UHGV virus genome: UHGV-0194685
Length of the DNA stretch: 42,355 nucleotides
DNA from: a virus
Reading direction: 5' to 3' (one strand)
Positions 1 to 8,796 of this stretch are shown in pieces (the stretch's first letter is position 1; each line of letters starts with the position of its first letter). The translations under genes were made by a program, and so were the position numbers. The notes beneath the pieces were generated by a model. It did no database searches. It was not told the origin of the DNA and saw only the letters and a list, made by a program, of their open reading frames with translations.

Positions 1-3
1 ATA

Positions 4-249
4 ATGACTGAAAAAATAGCCTTAGCAGAAACCATCAAATTGCCTCAACTATCAATGCCAAAGGATGAAGCGATTAAGTATTTTGGATTTGAAGGACATG
101 AATCTACATTCCAAAGATTGTTAGCAGAATTCAAAGTACATCCAGATTACAAAAGCGGTTATCGAGCACCGACTTACAAAATTGTACTGATAAATATTAA
201 TCTATTTGATCAATTTTTAGATTGGAAGGACAAAAATAAATTTAAATAA
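4..249 (+). CDS. hypothetical early phage protein (81 aa)
   Basis: ORF-track ORF. Its ATG at position 4 lies 7 nt after AAGGAGG at 42345-42351 if the sequence is circular. Confidence 0.5.
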   Translation: MTEKIALAETIKLPQLSMPKDEAIKYFGFEGHESTFQRLLAEFKVHPDYKSGYRAPTYKIVLININLFDQFLDWKDKNKFK

Positions 250-262
250 AGGAGGCAACAGG

Positions 263-529
263 ATGAAAAAAATTCAATTATCTGATGGGATGCCGAACAG
301 CATTTCAAAAAATGAACTTACCCCAGCCACAAATGAACTATTAGAAAGAATCGAGGAATTATGCAAGGAATCGGAACTATCCTATGTAGAGATAAATAAA
401 GCCCTCTATCTAGCGGATAAAGAGCTTTATACACAATTGCTCCAAGCAATTGTGGGTAGCAAAGAGCAAAACAAAGAAGCTAAGACTCGTGATTATTTAT
501 CTCTTTCAGAGAAGCATAGAAGTAATTAA
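263..529 (+). CDS. hypothetical early protein (88 aa)
   Basis: ORF-track ORF with an AGGAGG RBS 6 nt upstream. Confidence 0.5.
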   Translation: MKKIQLSDGMPNSISKNELTPATNELLERIEELCKESELSYVEINKALYLADKELYTQLLQAIVGSKEQNKEAKTRDYLSLSEKHRSN

Positions 530-659
530 GAATGTCGCTAGTTTGCTCTTTAGAAATGATATTAACTGAAGGCGATCCATCTTTTAAGCGATGATTCGTA
601 ATCATTTGCAATGTTGCAACTGTTAATTCGGTAGCCAACTCTTTATCGGATTTACTCAT
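480..659 (-). CDS. small hypothetical protein (59 aa; MSKSDKELATELTVATLQMITNHRLKDGSP...), absent from the ORF track
   Basis: Hand translation of the minus strand. The ATG is preceded by GGTGGTGAAACC, an identical GGTGGTGAAAC-type RBS context to that of the helicase gene at 4344. Its 3' end overlaps the 263..529 ORF convergently. Confidence 0.3.
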   Translation of the reverse strand: MSKSDKELATELTVATLQMITNHRLKDGSPSVNIISKEQTSDILNYFYASLKEINNHES

Positions 660-670
660 GGTTTCACCAC

Positions 671-706
671 CTTATCAGTTATTTCAGCAGACCACTTGCT
701 GATAAG
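671..706. promoter_or_regulatory. inverted repeat CTTATCAG-N20-CTGATAAG between divergent small ORFs
   Basis: Perfect 8-bp inverted repeat seen directly. It sits between the minus-strand 59-aa ORF and the plus-strand 737 ORF, making it a candidate operator or divergent promoter region. Confidence 0.35.
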
Positions 707-736
707 GAAATTATACAACAGAAAGGAAGTAGCAAA

Positions 737-850
737 ATGAAAACTGGAATTTTTGAAACAAAGTATTACACAGAAGAAGGTCAATTCACATGTAAATGGT
801 TAATGATTTTTGGTAAGTGCCTATTTATTAAGCATAAAAAGGCAGCCTAA
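737..850 (+). CDS. tiny ORF (37 aa, MKTGIFETKYYTEEGQFTCKWLMIFGKCLFIKHKKAA)
   Basis: Its RBS GAAAGGAAGTAGCA is an identical 14-mer to the RBS of the 1090 gene. It is below the ORF-track size cutoff. Confidence 0.25.
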   Translation: MKTGIFETKYYTEEGQFTCKWLMIFGKCLFIKHKKAA

Positions 851-871
851 AGAGACCGCCTCATGGAAAAG

Positions 872-1009
872 TTATTTTGTATACGTTGTTTTATCACAGC
901 TTGGGCACGGTGGTAGCGTGTCCGTACGATCATCAAGTCTTACTTTTTGACCGCAATTTTTACAAGTATACGTTCCTTTTCCTGGTTTTTCACCAGTAGT
1001 ATAAGCCAT
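872..1009 (-). CDS. zinc-ribbon mini-protein (45 aa; CxxC-N17-CxxC), absent from the ORF track
   Basis: Hand translation gives MAYTTGEKPGKGTYTCKNCGQKVRLDDRTDTLPPCPSCDKTTYTK. An RBS GTGAGGTGAAA lies upstream of the ATG at 1007-1009. Confidence 0.4.
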   Translation of the reverse strand: MAYTTGEKPGKGTYTCKNCGQKVRLDDRTDTLPPCPSCDKTTYTK

Positions 1010-1089
1010 AAATTTTCACCTCACTTTCCAAAATAATTATAGCACCACACGAATAATAAAATCGCTTTTTATAAGAAAGGAAGTAGCAC

Positions 1090-1551
1090 ATGAAAAATAA
1101 AAAAATCGCACTAGGAGTTACCGCTGCATTGTTACTAGGATCAACTGTAGGATTCGCAGCAGGCGCTGGGTTCTTCGATAATGCAACGACTGTAGAACAG
1201 AACATCTACAAACTAGCTAACATTGCTACGCAGAACAAGCAGAAGGCAGCAGATGTTCAAAGCAAACTTGATCAAACGACTGGGCAACAAAAGAACCTTC
1301 AAGATCAACTAGACAGTTTGAAACAGCAATTGGCAAACAAACAAAACGAGGTCAATGCGAAGCAGTCTGAAATCGAAGCCAAACAACATGAAGTCGAGTC
1401 TAAGCAACAGGAAGTCACGCAGAAACAGCAAGAGGCGGATAAGCTGCGTAACGAACTATCTAACGCTCAAAATGATTCAGCACAAAAAGACGCACGCATG
1501 GCGGAGTTAGCAAATTTGAGCCAACAAAAAGTAAACGAGTTGGGCCAGTAG
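1090..1551 (+). CDS. secreted Q-rich coiled-coil protein (signal peptide followed by ~120 aa of heptad repeats)
   Basis: The N-terminus MKNKKIALGVTAALLLGSTVGFAAGA is signal-peptide-like. The remainder is Q/K/E-rich coiled coil. A strong RBS is present. Confidence 0.6.
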   Translation: MKNKKIALGVTAALLLGSTVGFAAGAGFFDNATTVEQNIYKLANIATQNKQKAADVQSKLDQTTGQQKNLQDQLDSLKQQLANKQNEVNAKQSEIEAKQHEVESKQQEVTQKQQEADKLRNELSNAQNDSAQKDARMAELANLSQQKVNELGQ

Positions 1552-1563
1552 GGGGTACGTAAC

Positions 1564-1716
1564 ATGAACCGACTAAATTTTCAAACGATACTGCTTCCAA
1601 TGATCGCAATTCCAGTTTTTACATTAGTCAATATTTGGTTGGCCTACGGCTACATTCTAATTTTCTTTCTAGTGTTCGGCTGGGAAAAGAAAAAGCCAAC
1701 CGAGGGGGCTGACTAG
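1564..1716 (+). CDS. small membrane peptide (50 aa; TM helix plus charged tail)
   Basis: Hand translation. The RBS GGGGG lies 7 nt upstream. The peptide has a hydrophobic core (LLPMIAIPVFTLVNIWLAYGYILIFFLVFGW) and a KKKPTEGAD tail. Confidence 0.4.
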   Translation: MNRLNFQTILLPMIAIPVFTLVNIWLAYGYILIFFLVFGWEKKKPTEGAD

Positions 1717-1718
1717 GG

Positions 1719-1835
1719 ATGAATATTGGCGATTGGATAGTAATCGGTGCAACGGTACTAACACTTATAATTACAGTGCCTATCATGATTGAAAATCATA
1801 AGACCTTGAAAAAATTCAATAAAAAAAGGAAATAA
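1719..1835 (+). CDS. small membrane peptide (38 aa; TM helix plus basic tail KTLKKFNKKRK), type I toxin-like topology
   Basis: Hand translation gives MNIGDWIVIGATVLTLIITVPIMIENHKTLKKFNKKRK. It abuts the convergent minus-strand gene at 1836. Confidence 0.35.
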   Translation: MNIGDWIVIGATVLTLIITVPIMIENHKTLKKFNKKRK

Positions 1836-2360
1836 TCATTTGAGATTTTTAATTATTGCTTGGGCAGATTGTTTTATGGCTGTGGCTTCAGAGCTGTCAG
1901 ATCTTTTAGACTCAGCAGACCATAGCAACCGTTTAGACATATCTGTTTTTACATTGAACAAGTCAGTATATATGTTTCCATCTAAGTCCTCGTAAGAAAT
2001 AGAAACAACAATTAATTCATTGAAACTTTCGTCTAGAGAAGATGTGAATTTTTGACCAGGGGCAATAGATCCATCAACAAGGGTCTGTAATTTGTATTTA
2101 TTGTTCCATTCATCTAAGTCAGTTTTAAAGGCTATAGATAAAATTTTTGCAGAAGTATTACCAAAATTCTTTATTACTAAATATTTTTCGAAATAAACCG
2201 TATCTAACGCTTCAACAAATATAGAGACATAAGGTCTATTTGCATCAAATACAGATTTTTCAGTCATCTTTATAGACTTTCTGGTCTGTAGTATGGAAAC
2301 AACAGAAACGAATAAAGAGACGCAGATAGCAATAACTTGAATCCAATCAGAGACATTCAT
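1836..2360 (-). CDS. membrane-anchored hypothetical protein (174 aa), moron-like and oriented against the early operon
   Basis: ORF-track ORF with an N-terminal TM segment WIQVIAICVSLFVSVVSIL. Reverse orientation inside the plus-strand early region. Confidence 0.6.
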   Translation of the reverse strand: MNVSDWIQVIAICVSLFVSVVSILQTRKSIKMTEKSVFDANRPYVSIFVEALDTVYFEKYLVIKNFGNTSAKILSIAFKTDLDEWNNKYKLQTLVDGSIAPGQKFTSSLDESFNELIVVSISYEDLDGNIYTDLFNVKTDMSKRLLWSAESKRSDSSEATAIKQSAQAIIKNLK

Positions 2361-2415
2361 TTAAACACCATCCATTTTTTAACCCATTATACCAAATTGA
2401 AAGGCGGTGATAAGA

Positions 2416-2613
2416 ATGAAGTTAGTTTATATTTTAAGCAATCACGGAAAAAATAAAAACTATGTAAAAAAATTTACAGGCTCATACTGTGGTTTTGGAG
2501 CATTAGAAGAGGCAGCTCCGTTTACTGAAAATATTGCTGAGCAACTTAGGATGTTGCTGGAAAACAATGTAGGTAACGCTTTTGTAATTGATGATTTACG
2601 AAAAAAAGACTAG
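2416..2613 (+). CDS. hypothetical protein (65 aa)
   Basis: In-frame ATG inside the track ORF 2407..2613, with RBS GAAAGGCGGTG. Confidence 0.4.
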   Translation: MKLVYILSNHGKNKNYVKKFTGSYCGFGALEEAAPFTENIAEQLRMLLENNVGNAFVIDDLRKKD

Positions 2614-2670
2614 CCCCGTCTACCAAACTAAGCTAGTCAAACAAATATCTTATAGGAGGAATTATACCAC

Positions 2671-3015
2671 ATGACCATTAGAGATTCACTAGGTGTGCCG
2701 CTAGAACCTGATTATGACGAACCAATTTTGAAAGACGTTTACGGTGACGATGTTTATAAAAACGATACCGTCTATCTAAATTATGAAGGCATTGTGCTAG
2801 AAAAAAATTTGGAACGCTACTCAAAAGAGTACGTGGACGAATTAACAGCAGGCGAAGCAAATGAAGAATTACGAGAGTCTATGTTGCCTAGCGAGTATTC
2901 AGAAATAATTAAAGAAGCATTGCTAACGTGGATTATTGACAACGGTTATGCCGATTATTTCGGATTACAGCCGAAGAGAGGAGAAGATGTTATTGAATCT
3001 AGAAGAAATTACTAA
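2671..3015 (+). CDS. hypothetical acidic protein (114 aa)
   Basis: ORF-track ORF with an AGGAGG RBS. Confidence 0.5.
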   Translation: MTIRDSLGVPLEPDYDEPILKDVYGDDVYKNDTVYLNYEGIVLEKNLERYSKEYVDELTAGEANEELRESMLPSEYSEIIKEALLTWIIDNGYADYFGLQPKRGEDVIESRRNY

Positions 3016-3490
3016 AGAAATCGAAGACTTGCGTCAGCTGATTGGCGCTAAGAAAAATCTTTATGACAATCAAATCGCTCAAATTGTAGAAGTAAAAACA
3101 GCCTTTTCAAGAGAAATGGAGCGAGAGTTAAACGCTGCGTTGGAATTACAGAAACAGTTATTAGGCGATGAGGAATTAGTCGAGACAGCAAACTTTGTCA
3201 TCAGCAAGGAACATCCCAATTTAAAGAGTCGGGCGACTTATAAATTAAATCTTCCGAAAACAAAAGAAGAAAAAGTTCGATTTGAACATTATATGAAGGA
3301 AGAGCATCCAGAACTGATCAAAGAAGAAGTTATTGTTAAACCAATTCAAAATGATATCAAACAACTGATTGTGGATGGTGTCTTCCACCGAACAGAAGAA
3401 GGGTTGTTGATTGATGACAATGGCATGGCGATTCCTAACACGACCGTTAATGTGAAAGGCATGGAAGTGAAAGTGAAGGTGAAAGAGTAA
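2987..3490 (+). CDS. coiled-coil protein, Gp157-like in position (first gene of an Sfi21-type replication module)
   Basis: Internal ATG at 2987 with an AGGAG RBS; the track ORF 2936..3490 is extended upstream of this start. The coiled-coil composition, ~165 aa size and position before the Sak4-like ATPase support the call. Confidence 0.5.
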   Translation: MLLNLEEITKEIEDLRQLIGAKKNLYDNQIAQIVEVKTAFSREMERELNAALELQKQLLGDEELVETANFVISKEHPNLKSRATYKLNLPKTKEEKVRFEHYMKEEHPELIKEEVIVKPIQNDIKQLIVDGVFHRTEEGLLIDDNGMAIPNTTVNVKGMEVKVKVKE

Positions 3491-3678
3491 TGACTGAAAA
3501 ATTAATTTTAAAGGCAGAGAAAGAATCAAAGGCGACAATGCCGGTGTTTATTGATACCGAACAACATCAAAAATTATTAGCTTTAAAAAGCGAAACAGGG
3601 ATTCCTTTGCGCCGCTTGGTTGAAAAATTCATTGAGTTTGGATTGGATAGCGTTGTGATTGAAGGTGACGATCAATGA
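3490..3678 (+). CDS. small protein (62 aa), possibly ribbon-helix-helix-like
   Basis: ORF-track ORF. Its start overlaps the upstream stop (ATGA). The RHH call is tentative. Confidence 0.35.
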   Translation: MTEKLILKAEKESKATMPVFIDTEQHQKLLALKSETGIPLRRLVEKFIEFGLDSVVIEGDDQ

Positions 3679-4427
3679 ATATAAAAAAAGCAACCGACCT
3701 TCGCAAAGACAAAGACTGGCGCATTATGATTTATGCAAAGCCTGGAACGGGTAAGACTTCATTAGTTAACCATTTAAAAGGCAAAACTTTAATTTTAGAT
3801 ATGGATGACTCAACAAAAGTTTTGGCAGGTTTGCCTAATGTAGAAATTATTGAATTTGACAGAGTTCACCCACATGAGTTTATTACTGAATTTATCAAAG
3901 AAGCACCGCAATTAGTAAAAAACTATGACAATCTCGTGATTGATAATATTTCGAGTTTTGAAAAAGACTGGTTTGTAGAACGGGGACGAACATCTAAAAA
4001 TGGAATTTCTAATGAGATTCAGGACTACTCACAATGGACGAACTATTTTGCTCGCATCATGACAACAATCTATCTCTTAAAGAATATCAATATTTTAGTA
4101 ACAGCGTGGGAAAACCAGCGAGAGATTACTACAGAGCGTGGTCAAACATTCAATCAATACGCGCCGCAAATCAGAGATAGTGTCCGAGACAACCTCATGG
4201 GATTAACTGATATTGTTGGCAGAATGATCATTAATCCCGATACCGGAAATCGAGGAATCATTTTGGAAGGTAATGATGCTGTTTATGCTAAAAATCGATT
4301 AGACCAGCGAAAAGCAACGCCGGCAGAAGAATTATTTCTGATTGGTGGTGAAACAGATGTTTCAGCTGAGACCATATCAAAACAATCTGGTAATAGAAGC
4401 GAGAAACCATCTAGCAACGGGGAATAA
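3675..4427 (+). CDS. AAA/RecA-like ATPase (Sak4-like)
   Basis: Walker A motif IYAKPGTGKTS. The size and position match the NTPase gene of Sfi21-type replication modules. Confidence 0.75.
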   Translation: MNIKKATDLRKDKDWRIMIYAKPGTGKTSLVNHLKGKTLILDMDDSTKVLAGLPNVEIIEFDRVHPHEFITEFIKEAPQLVKNYDNLVIDNISSFEKDWFVERGRTSKNGISNEIQDYSQWTNYFARIMTTIYLLKNINILVTAWENQREITTERGQTFNQYAPQIRDSVRDNLMGLTDIVGRMIINPDTGNRGIILEGNDAVYAKNRLDQRKATPAEELFLIGGETDVSAETISKQSGNRSEKPSSNGE

Positions 4428-5877
4428 AGGTGTCCTCATTCAATCGCCGCCAGGAAGCGGCAAGTCAGTAGTGATTGCGGAAATAGTTAGACTGGCAACG
4501 AATAAAGGTGGAAAGGTACTGTTTTTGGCACACAGAAGGGAACTACTCGATAACATCGTTGAAACACTCAACGATAACGATGTGGACTTATCGAAAGTGA
4601 TTGTGTTGTCAGCAGTGATGGCAAAGAACCGTTTATCTACTCTCCCACCGCTCTCTTTGATTGTCACGGATGAAGGCCATCACGGAAAAGCCAAAACGTA
4701 TATGGATATTTACGGACATTTTAAAGACGTGCCACGGTTAGGTTTTACAGCCACACCATATCGATTGAATGGCGAAGGGTTTAAAGACATCTATGATGAA
4801 ATGGTCGAAGGCCCAACTATTCAGTGGTTGATTGATCATCACAATTTAGCGCCTTATCGATGGTTTTCTATACCGCTGATTGATCGAGCGAAAGTCGATT
4901 TTAAAAATATGACGAGAGAGGCGGAATCATCCGCAAAGCTCTTTGAGTCAGACGCAACGATTCAAGGCGATATCATCGGAAACTACAAAAAATACGCTAA
5001 TGGGAAACAAGCGATTGTTTATGCCCCAACAATTGAGGTTAGTAAATTAATCGTGAAGTGGTTCAATCAAGAAGGTATTTATGCGGTACACGCTGACGGA
5101 AAGACTCCTACGAAAGAACGTGATCAAATCATGGCTGATTTTAAAGCAAAGAAAATCACGATTTTATCCAATGTTGATTTGATTTCAGAGGGGTTCAATG
5201 TACCTGATGTAGGAGTGATCATTCTATGCCGACCAACGCAATCAATCGTTCTTCATCTACAGCAGTCTATGCGTGGTATGAGGTATCGTCCTGATAAAAC
5301 ATCTATCATTTTGGACCATGTGGGTAACGGAGCTAATTTAGGATTACCGGCCGATGGGTTTGAATGGTCCATTGAAGGCCGAAAGAAAAAGTCGTCAAGT
5401 AGCAGCGGACCGCCGAAAATGATTTGTACAACTTGTGGACAACAATTTCTTTTAAAAAGTCTTTTGAAAATCAACGATAAACCACATTGCCCGTTTTGCC
5501 TTCAAGAAATTGAAATGAAGGAAAAAGAAACATCTGTCACTTTTGACGAAACGGTGGAAATGGTGGAGCTGAATGCTGAAAAAGCAAAAATTGCACGATT
5601 TTCACGCAAGAAATTTTCAACGAAACAATCACTAGAAATCAATTATGCAATCGCAAAAGCGAAAGTAGAAATGGTCGGAAAAGGAAATCCGCTATTTAAA
5701 ATGTTCGGTTCTTTGACCGCTTATCGAAAGAAAGAATATTCATTAGATGTATTAGAGGAATTTTCTCTACTTTGTAACGTATCGATGGAAAAAGTTTTAA
5801 AGGCCTACGACTGGGCTTATAAAAAATCTTTGGAAAAACCAGAAATGTCCGAATGGGCGAAAAACACATTTTACTAA
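4357..5877 (+). CDS. SF2 DEAD/DEAH-box helicase with a C-terminal zinc finger
   Basis: Motifs LRPYQ, QSPPGSGKS and VTDEGHH are present, with CTTCGQQF...HCPFC at the C-terminus. The ATG at 4357 carries a GGTGGTG RBS, whereas the track start at 4342 is a TTG. The gene overlaps the upstream gene by ~70 nt. Confidence 0.8.
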   Translation: MFQLRPYQNNLVIEARNHLATGNKGVLIQSPPGSGKSVVIAEIVRLATNKGGKVLFLAHRRELLDNIVETLNDNDVDLSKVIVLSAVMAKNRLSTLPPLSLIVTDEGHHGKAKTYMDIYGHFKDVPRLGFTATPYRLNGEGFKDIYDEMVEGPTIQWLIDHHNLAPYRWFSIPLIDRAKVDFKNMTREAESSAKLFESDATIQGDIIGNYKKYANGKQAIVYAPTIEVSKLIVKWFNQEGIYAVHADGKTPTKERDQIMADFKAKKITILSNVDLISEGFNVPDVGVIILCRPTQSIVLHLQQSMRGMRYRPDKTSIILDHVGNGANLGLPADGFEWSIEGRKKKSSSSSGPPKMICTTCGQQFLLKSLLKINDKPHCPFCLQEIEMKEKETSVTFDETVEMVELNAEKAKIARFSRKKFSTKQSLEINYAIAKAKVEMVGKGNPLFKMFGSLTAYRKKEYSLDVLEEFSLLCNVSMEKVLKAYDWAYKKSLEKPEMSEWAKNTFY

Positions 5878-5893
5878 GAAAGAGGTATAAAAA

Positions 5894-6406
5894 ATGGGAT
5901 TTAAAGTAGATTACAACGAAGCACAAGAATTTGGGAACGTAGCAGATGGAGATTATGAAGTAGTGATTTTCAATGTCACTGAAGAAGCAACGAAAAGCGG
6001 AGCGGAAAATATTAATTTTGATATGGTAATCCGTAATGATATTGATCAAAAGTATAAGAATAGCCACCTTTTCCATAAAGTATGGAAAGCGAAAGAAACT
6101 GGTAAATACAATCGAGGGGCTGTAATGGCTCTAGCGAAAAACTTTGGTTTACCTGATGGAAAAAACTATGATTCATTTGATAAATTTTTAGAAGATTTTG
6201 CTCTTCGGACAGCTAAAGTGCGTGTAAAAAATGAACAATCTGAATATAACGGGAAAACGTACGACAATACGAATATTAAGAAATTTGGCCCTAGCGAATA
6301 TCCAGATCTGCAACACCAATGGAAGAAAAAGGAATCCTCACAAACAGATTTTGGGCGCGACAACAGTTCATCAATTAATGTCACAGACGATGATCTGCCA
6401 TTCTAA
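5894..6406 (+). CDS. hypothetical replication-module protein (DUF669-like position)
   Basis: ORF-track ORF. The family assignment is by synteny and size only. Confidence 0.45.
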   Translation: MGFKVDYNEAQEFGNVADGDYEVVIFNVTEEATKSGAENINFDMVIRNDIDQKYKNSHLFHKVWKAKETGKYNRGAVMALAKNFGLPDGKNYDSFDKFLEDFALRTAKVRVKNEQSEYNGKTYDNTNIKKFGPSEYPDLQHQWKKKESSQTDFGRDNSSSINVTDDDLPF

Positions 6407-8745
6407 TGAGTAATTACGAACGCATTCCCTCAGAACTCCGTGAATTAAATCAGTGGGGGATTTATAAGCGTGAGTGGGATGAGGATAGACAGAAATGGAA
6501 GAAAAAACCGCACAATCCTTTTAACGGAAAACTCGGTAGCAGTACAAACGAGGGCACATGGTCTGATTTTCAGACCGCCCTTGATGCTATCAATAAATTT
6601 AAAGCAGATGGATTGGCATTCTATTTCAAACCGCCATACATTGGGATTGATTTAGATGATATTCCTGACGATTTAGAACGGTATCTACAAGGTGATATCG
6701 AAAACAACTTAGTTTATGTGTTTATGAATTCAACTAAAACCTATTCGGAAATATCAATGTCAGGTAAGGGGATCCATATTATCGGAAAGGCTAAAATCCC
6801 TGGAGACCGTAGAAGAAAAAAGAATGTAGAAATGTACACAGATGGTCGATTTTTCGCTATCACTGGAAACTTTTTTGGTAATAACAACGAAGTGAATGAA
6901 GTTCCAAAAACTCAAATGGACTTTCTTTATAAGCGTTATTTAGAGAATGATAATGTGATTACTCACGATTTTTCAAAACCAAATTGGGATGACGGGAATG
7001 ATTTGTCAGTAGATGAAATTGTTCAAACTGCACTTAATTCATCTACAGGACGTCGATTCAAAATGTTTATGGATGGCGGTTGGGAAAAAGTCTATTCTAG
7101 CCAATCAGAGGCAGATTTAGCTTTTGCCAACGATTTAGCCTTCTGGACCGCTGGTGACTTTCAAAAGATGGACGAAATATTCCGAATGTCTGCAATGATG
7201 CGAGAAAAGTATGATCAGAAACGCGGAAAAACGACGTATGGAATCGGGATATTAAATAAAGCAATCTCAGAAAATACGAACCACTACACTGGTAAAAAAA
7301 CAGCAGATGATTACTTTTTATCGATACCAGGCATTACTACAGAAGAAAAAGAAAAGCCTTCAAGATTTTATTCTTATGACGATACTGGGAATTCTGAACG
7401 ATATCTTGATTTGTTTGGAACGTTAACCAAATACAGCTATGTCAATAAGTGTTGGTACTTCTACAACGGGAAGAATTGGGAACAAGACAATATCGGGGCG
7501 ATCCGTAAATGGGTAGATCAATCGATTGACGTTCTTAAAAATGAACCAGTTTCTGTTCCTAAAGATGCTACAGAAGATGAGAAAAAAGCGTACATGGAAG
7601 CGAAAGCAAAACACGTTAAACGATCTCGCAACAATGCTGGTAAAGAGGCAATGACGAGGGAGTTGAAACACAATGTAGCAGCATTGCCTGAAGAATTCGA
7701 TAGTGACGATATGCTTTTTAACACCCAAAACGGATATCTTGATTTATCAAATGGCATTTTAAATGATCATGATATTTCTAAAATGTTTACTCGGATTTCT
7801 AACGCTGAGTACACCGACAAAGATGAGTGTTCTCGTTGGGAATTGTTTCTAAATCAAATATTTGATGGGAATACAGAGTTAATCCGCTACATTCAAAAAG
7901 CAGTCGGCTATTCAATGACTGCATCAGTTAAAGAGCAAGTGATGTTTATTCTATTTGGAAATGGCCGAAATGGTAAATCTGTCTTTCTGGATATTATCGC
8001 AGAGATTATGGGAAGCTACGCAATGGGAATGCAAGCGTCGAGTTTAATGGTAAAACAGGGCAGCAGTAGCGGACACAATGAAGATATTGCCCGTTTAGAT
8101 GGTGCTCGCCTAGTCACCAGTAGTGAACCAAACGAAGGCGTCCGGTTAGATGAGGGATTGATCAAACAGCTAACTGGTGGCGACAAAGTATCCGCGAGCT
8201 TCAAAGGTGGTCATATGTTTGATTACAAACCGAAGTATAAAATTTGGCTGGCCACTAATCACAAACCAATTATTCGAGGAAATGATGACGGTATCTGGCG
8301 GCGGTTACCATTGATCCCTTTTACTGTACAGATACCGCTTGATAAAGTTGATAAAACTTTGAAAGAAAAATTAATGCGTGAATTACCCGGCATCATGAAT
8401 TGGGCCGTCGAGGGCTGTTTAGCGTGGCAGAGAGAGGGACTTAATCCTCCGGCAGACATTCAGAAAGCTACGATGGAATATCGTCAAGAAATGGACGTTA
8501 TTGGAAGCTTCATTGAACAATGTTGCGAAACAGGACCCGGATACGCTATCGGGGCAACGGAATTGTTCAAAGCCTATGATAAGTGGGCAAAAGAAATGAA
8601 CGAACACGGATTTACTCAAACGCAGTTTGGTAAAAAGATTTCGGATAAATATGAAAAAAGAAAAACAAAAATTGGAATGGTCTATAAAGGAGTAAGTATT
8701 AAGAAACAATTTAGAGAATTTGGCGTTAATGTTCCAGGACTCTAA
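6406..8745 (+). CDS. bifunctional primase-polymerase (Prim-Pol) fused to a P4/D5-type SF3 primase-helicase
   Basis: The N-terminus has Prim-Pol-like motifs. The C-terminus has the Walker A motif ILFGNGRNGKSVF, typical of the P4-family primase C-terminal domain. The gene is 779 aa and the origin lies immediately downstream. Confidence 0.85.
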   Translation: MSNYERIPSELRELNQWGIYKREWDEDRQKWKKKPHNPFNGKLGSSTNEGTWSDFQTALDAINKFKADGLAFYFKPPYIGIDLDDIPDDLERYLQGDIENNLVYVFMNSTKTYSEISMSGKGIHIIGKAKIPGDRRRKKNVEMYTDGRFFAITGNFFGNNNEVNEVPKTQMDFLYKRYLENDNVITHDFSKPNWDDGNDLSVDEIVQTALNSSTGRRFKMFMDGGWEKVYSSQSEADLAFANDLAFWTAGDFQKMDEIFRMSAMMREKYDQKRGKTTYGIGILNKAISENTNHYTGKKTADDYFLSIPGITTEEKEKPSRFYSYDDTGNSERYLDLFGTLTKYSYVNKCWYFYNGKNWEQDNIGAIRKWVDQSIDVLKNEPVSVPKDATEDEKKAYMEAKAKHVKRSRNNAGKEAMTRELKHNVAALPEEFDSDDMLFNTQNGYLDLSNGILNDHDISKMFTRISNAEYTDKDECSRWELFLNQIFDGNTELIRYIQKAVGYSMTASVKEQVMFILFGNGRNGKSVFLDIIAEIMGSYAMGMQASSLMVKQGSSSGHNEDIARLDGARLVTSSEPNEGVRLDEGLIKQLTGGDKVSASFKGGHMFDYKPKYKIWLATNHKPIIRGNDDGIWRRLPLIPFTVQIPLDKVDKTLKEKLMRELPGIMNWAVEGCLAWQREGLNPPADIQKATMEYRQEMDVIGSFIEQCCETGPGYAIGATELFKAYDKWAKEMNEHGFTQTQFGKKISDKYEKRKTKIGMVYKGVSIKKQFREFGVNVPGL

Positions 8746-8765
8746 ATACGAACAAATGTTAGGGT

Positions 8766-8785
8766 GTGAAACATTTTTGTTTCAC
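8766..8785. repeat. inverted repeat GTGAAACA-tttt-TGTTTCAC just after the primase stop
   Basis: Seen directly. It has no T-tract, so it is not a canonical terminator. The same GTGAAACAT half-site recurs twice downstream of cro. Confidence 0.4.
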
Positions 8786-8796
8786 TAGAACGTCAA

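Noticed and set aside
3675-5877. Possible frameshift joining the ATPase and helicase genes (about 70-nt overlap)
   Set aside because: The helicase has its own GGTGGTG RBS and ATG at 4357. The helicase Q-motif (LRPYQ) starts right after it. There is no slippery heptamer in the overlap.
8766-8785. Rho-independent terminator after the primase gene
   Set aside because: The 8-bp hairpin has no downstream T-tract. It is more likely a protein-binding inverted repeat (the same half-site recurs near cro).
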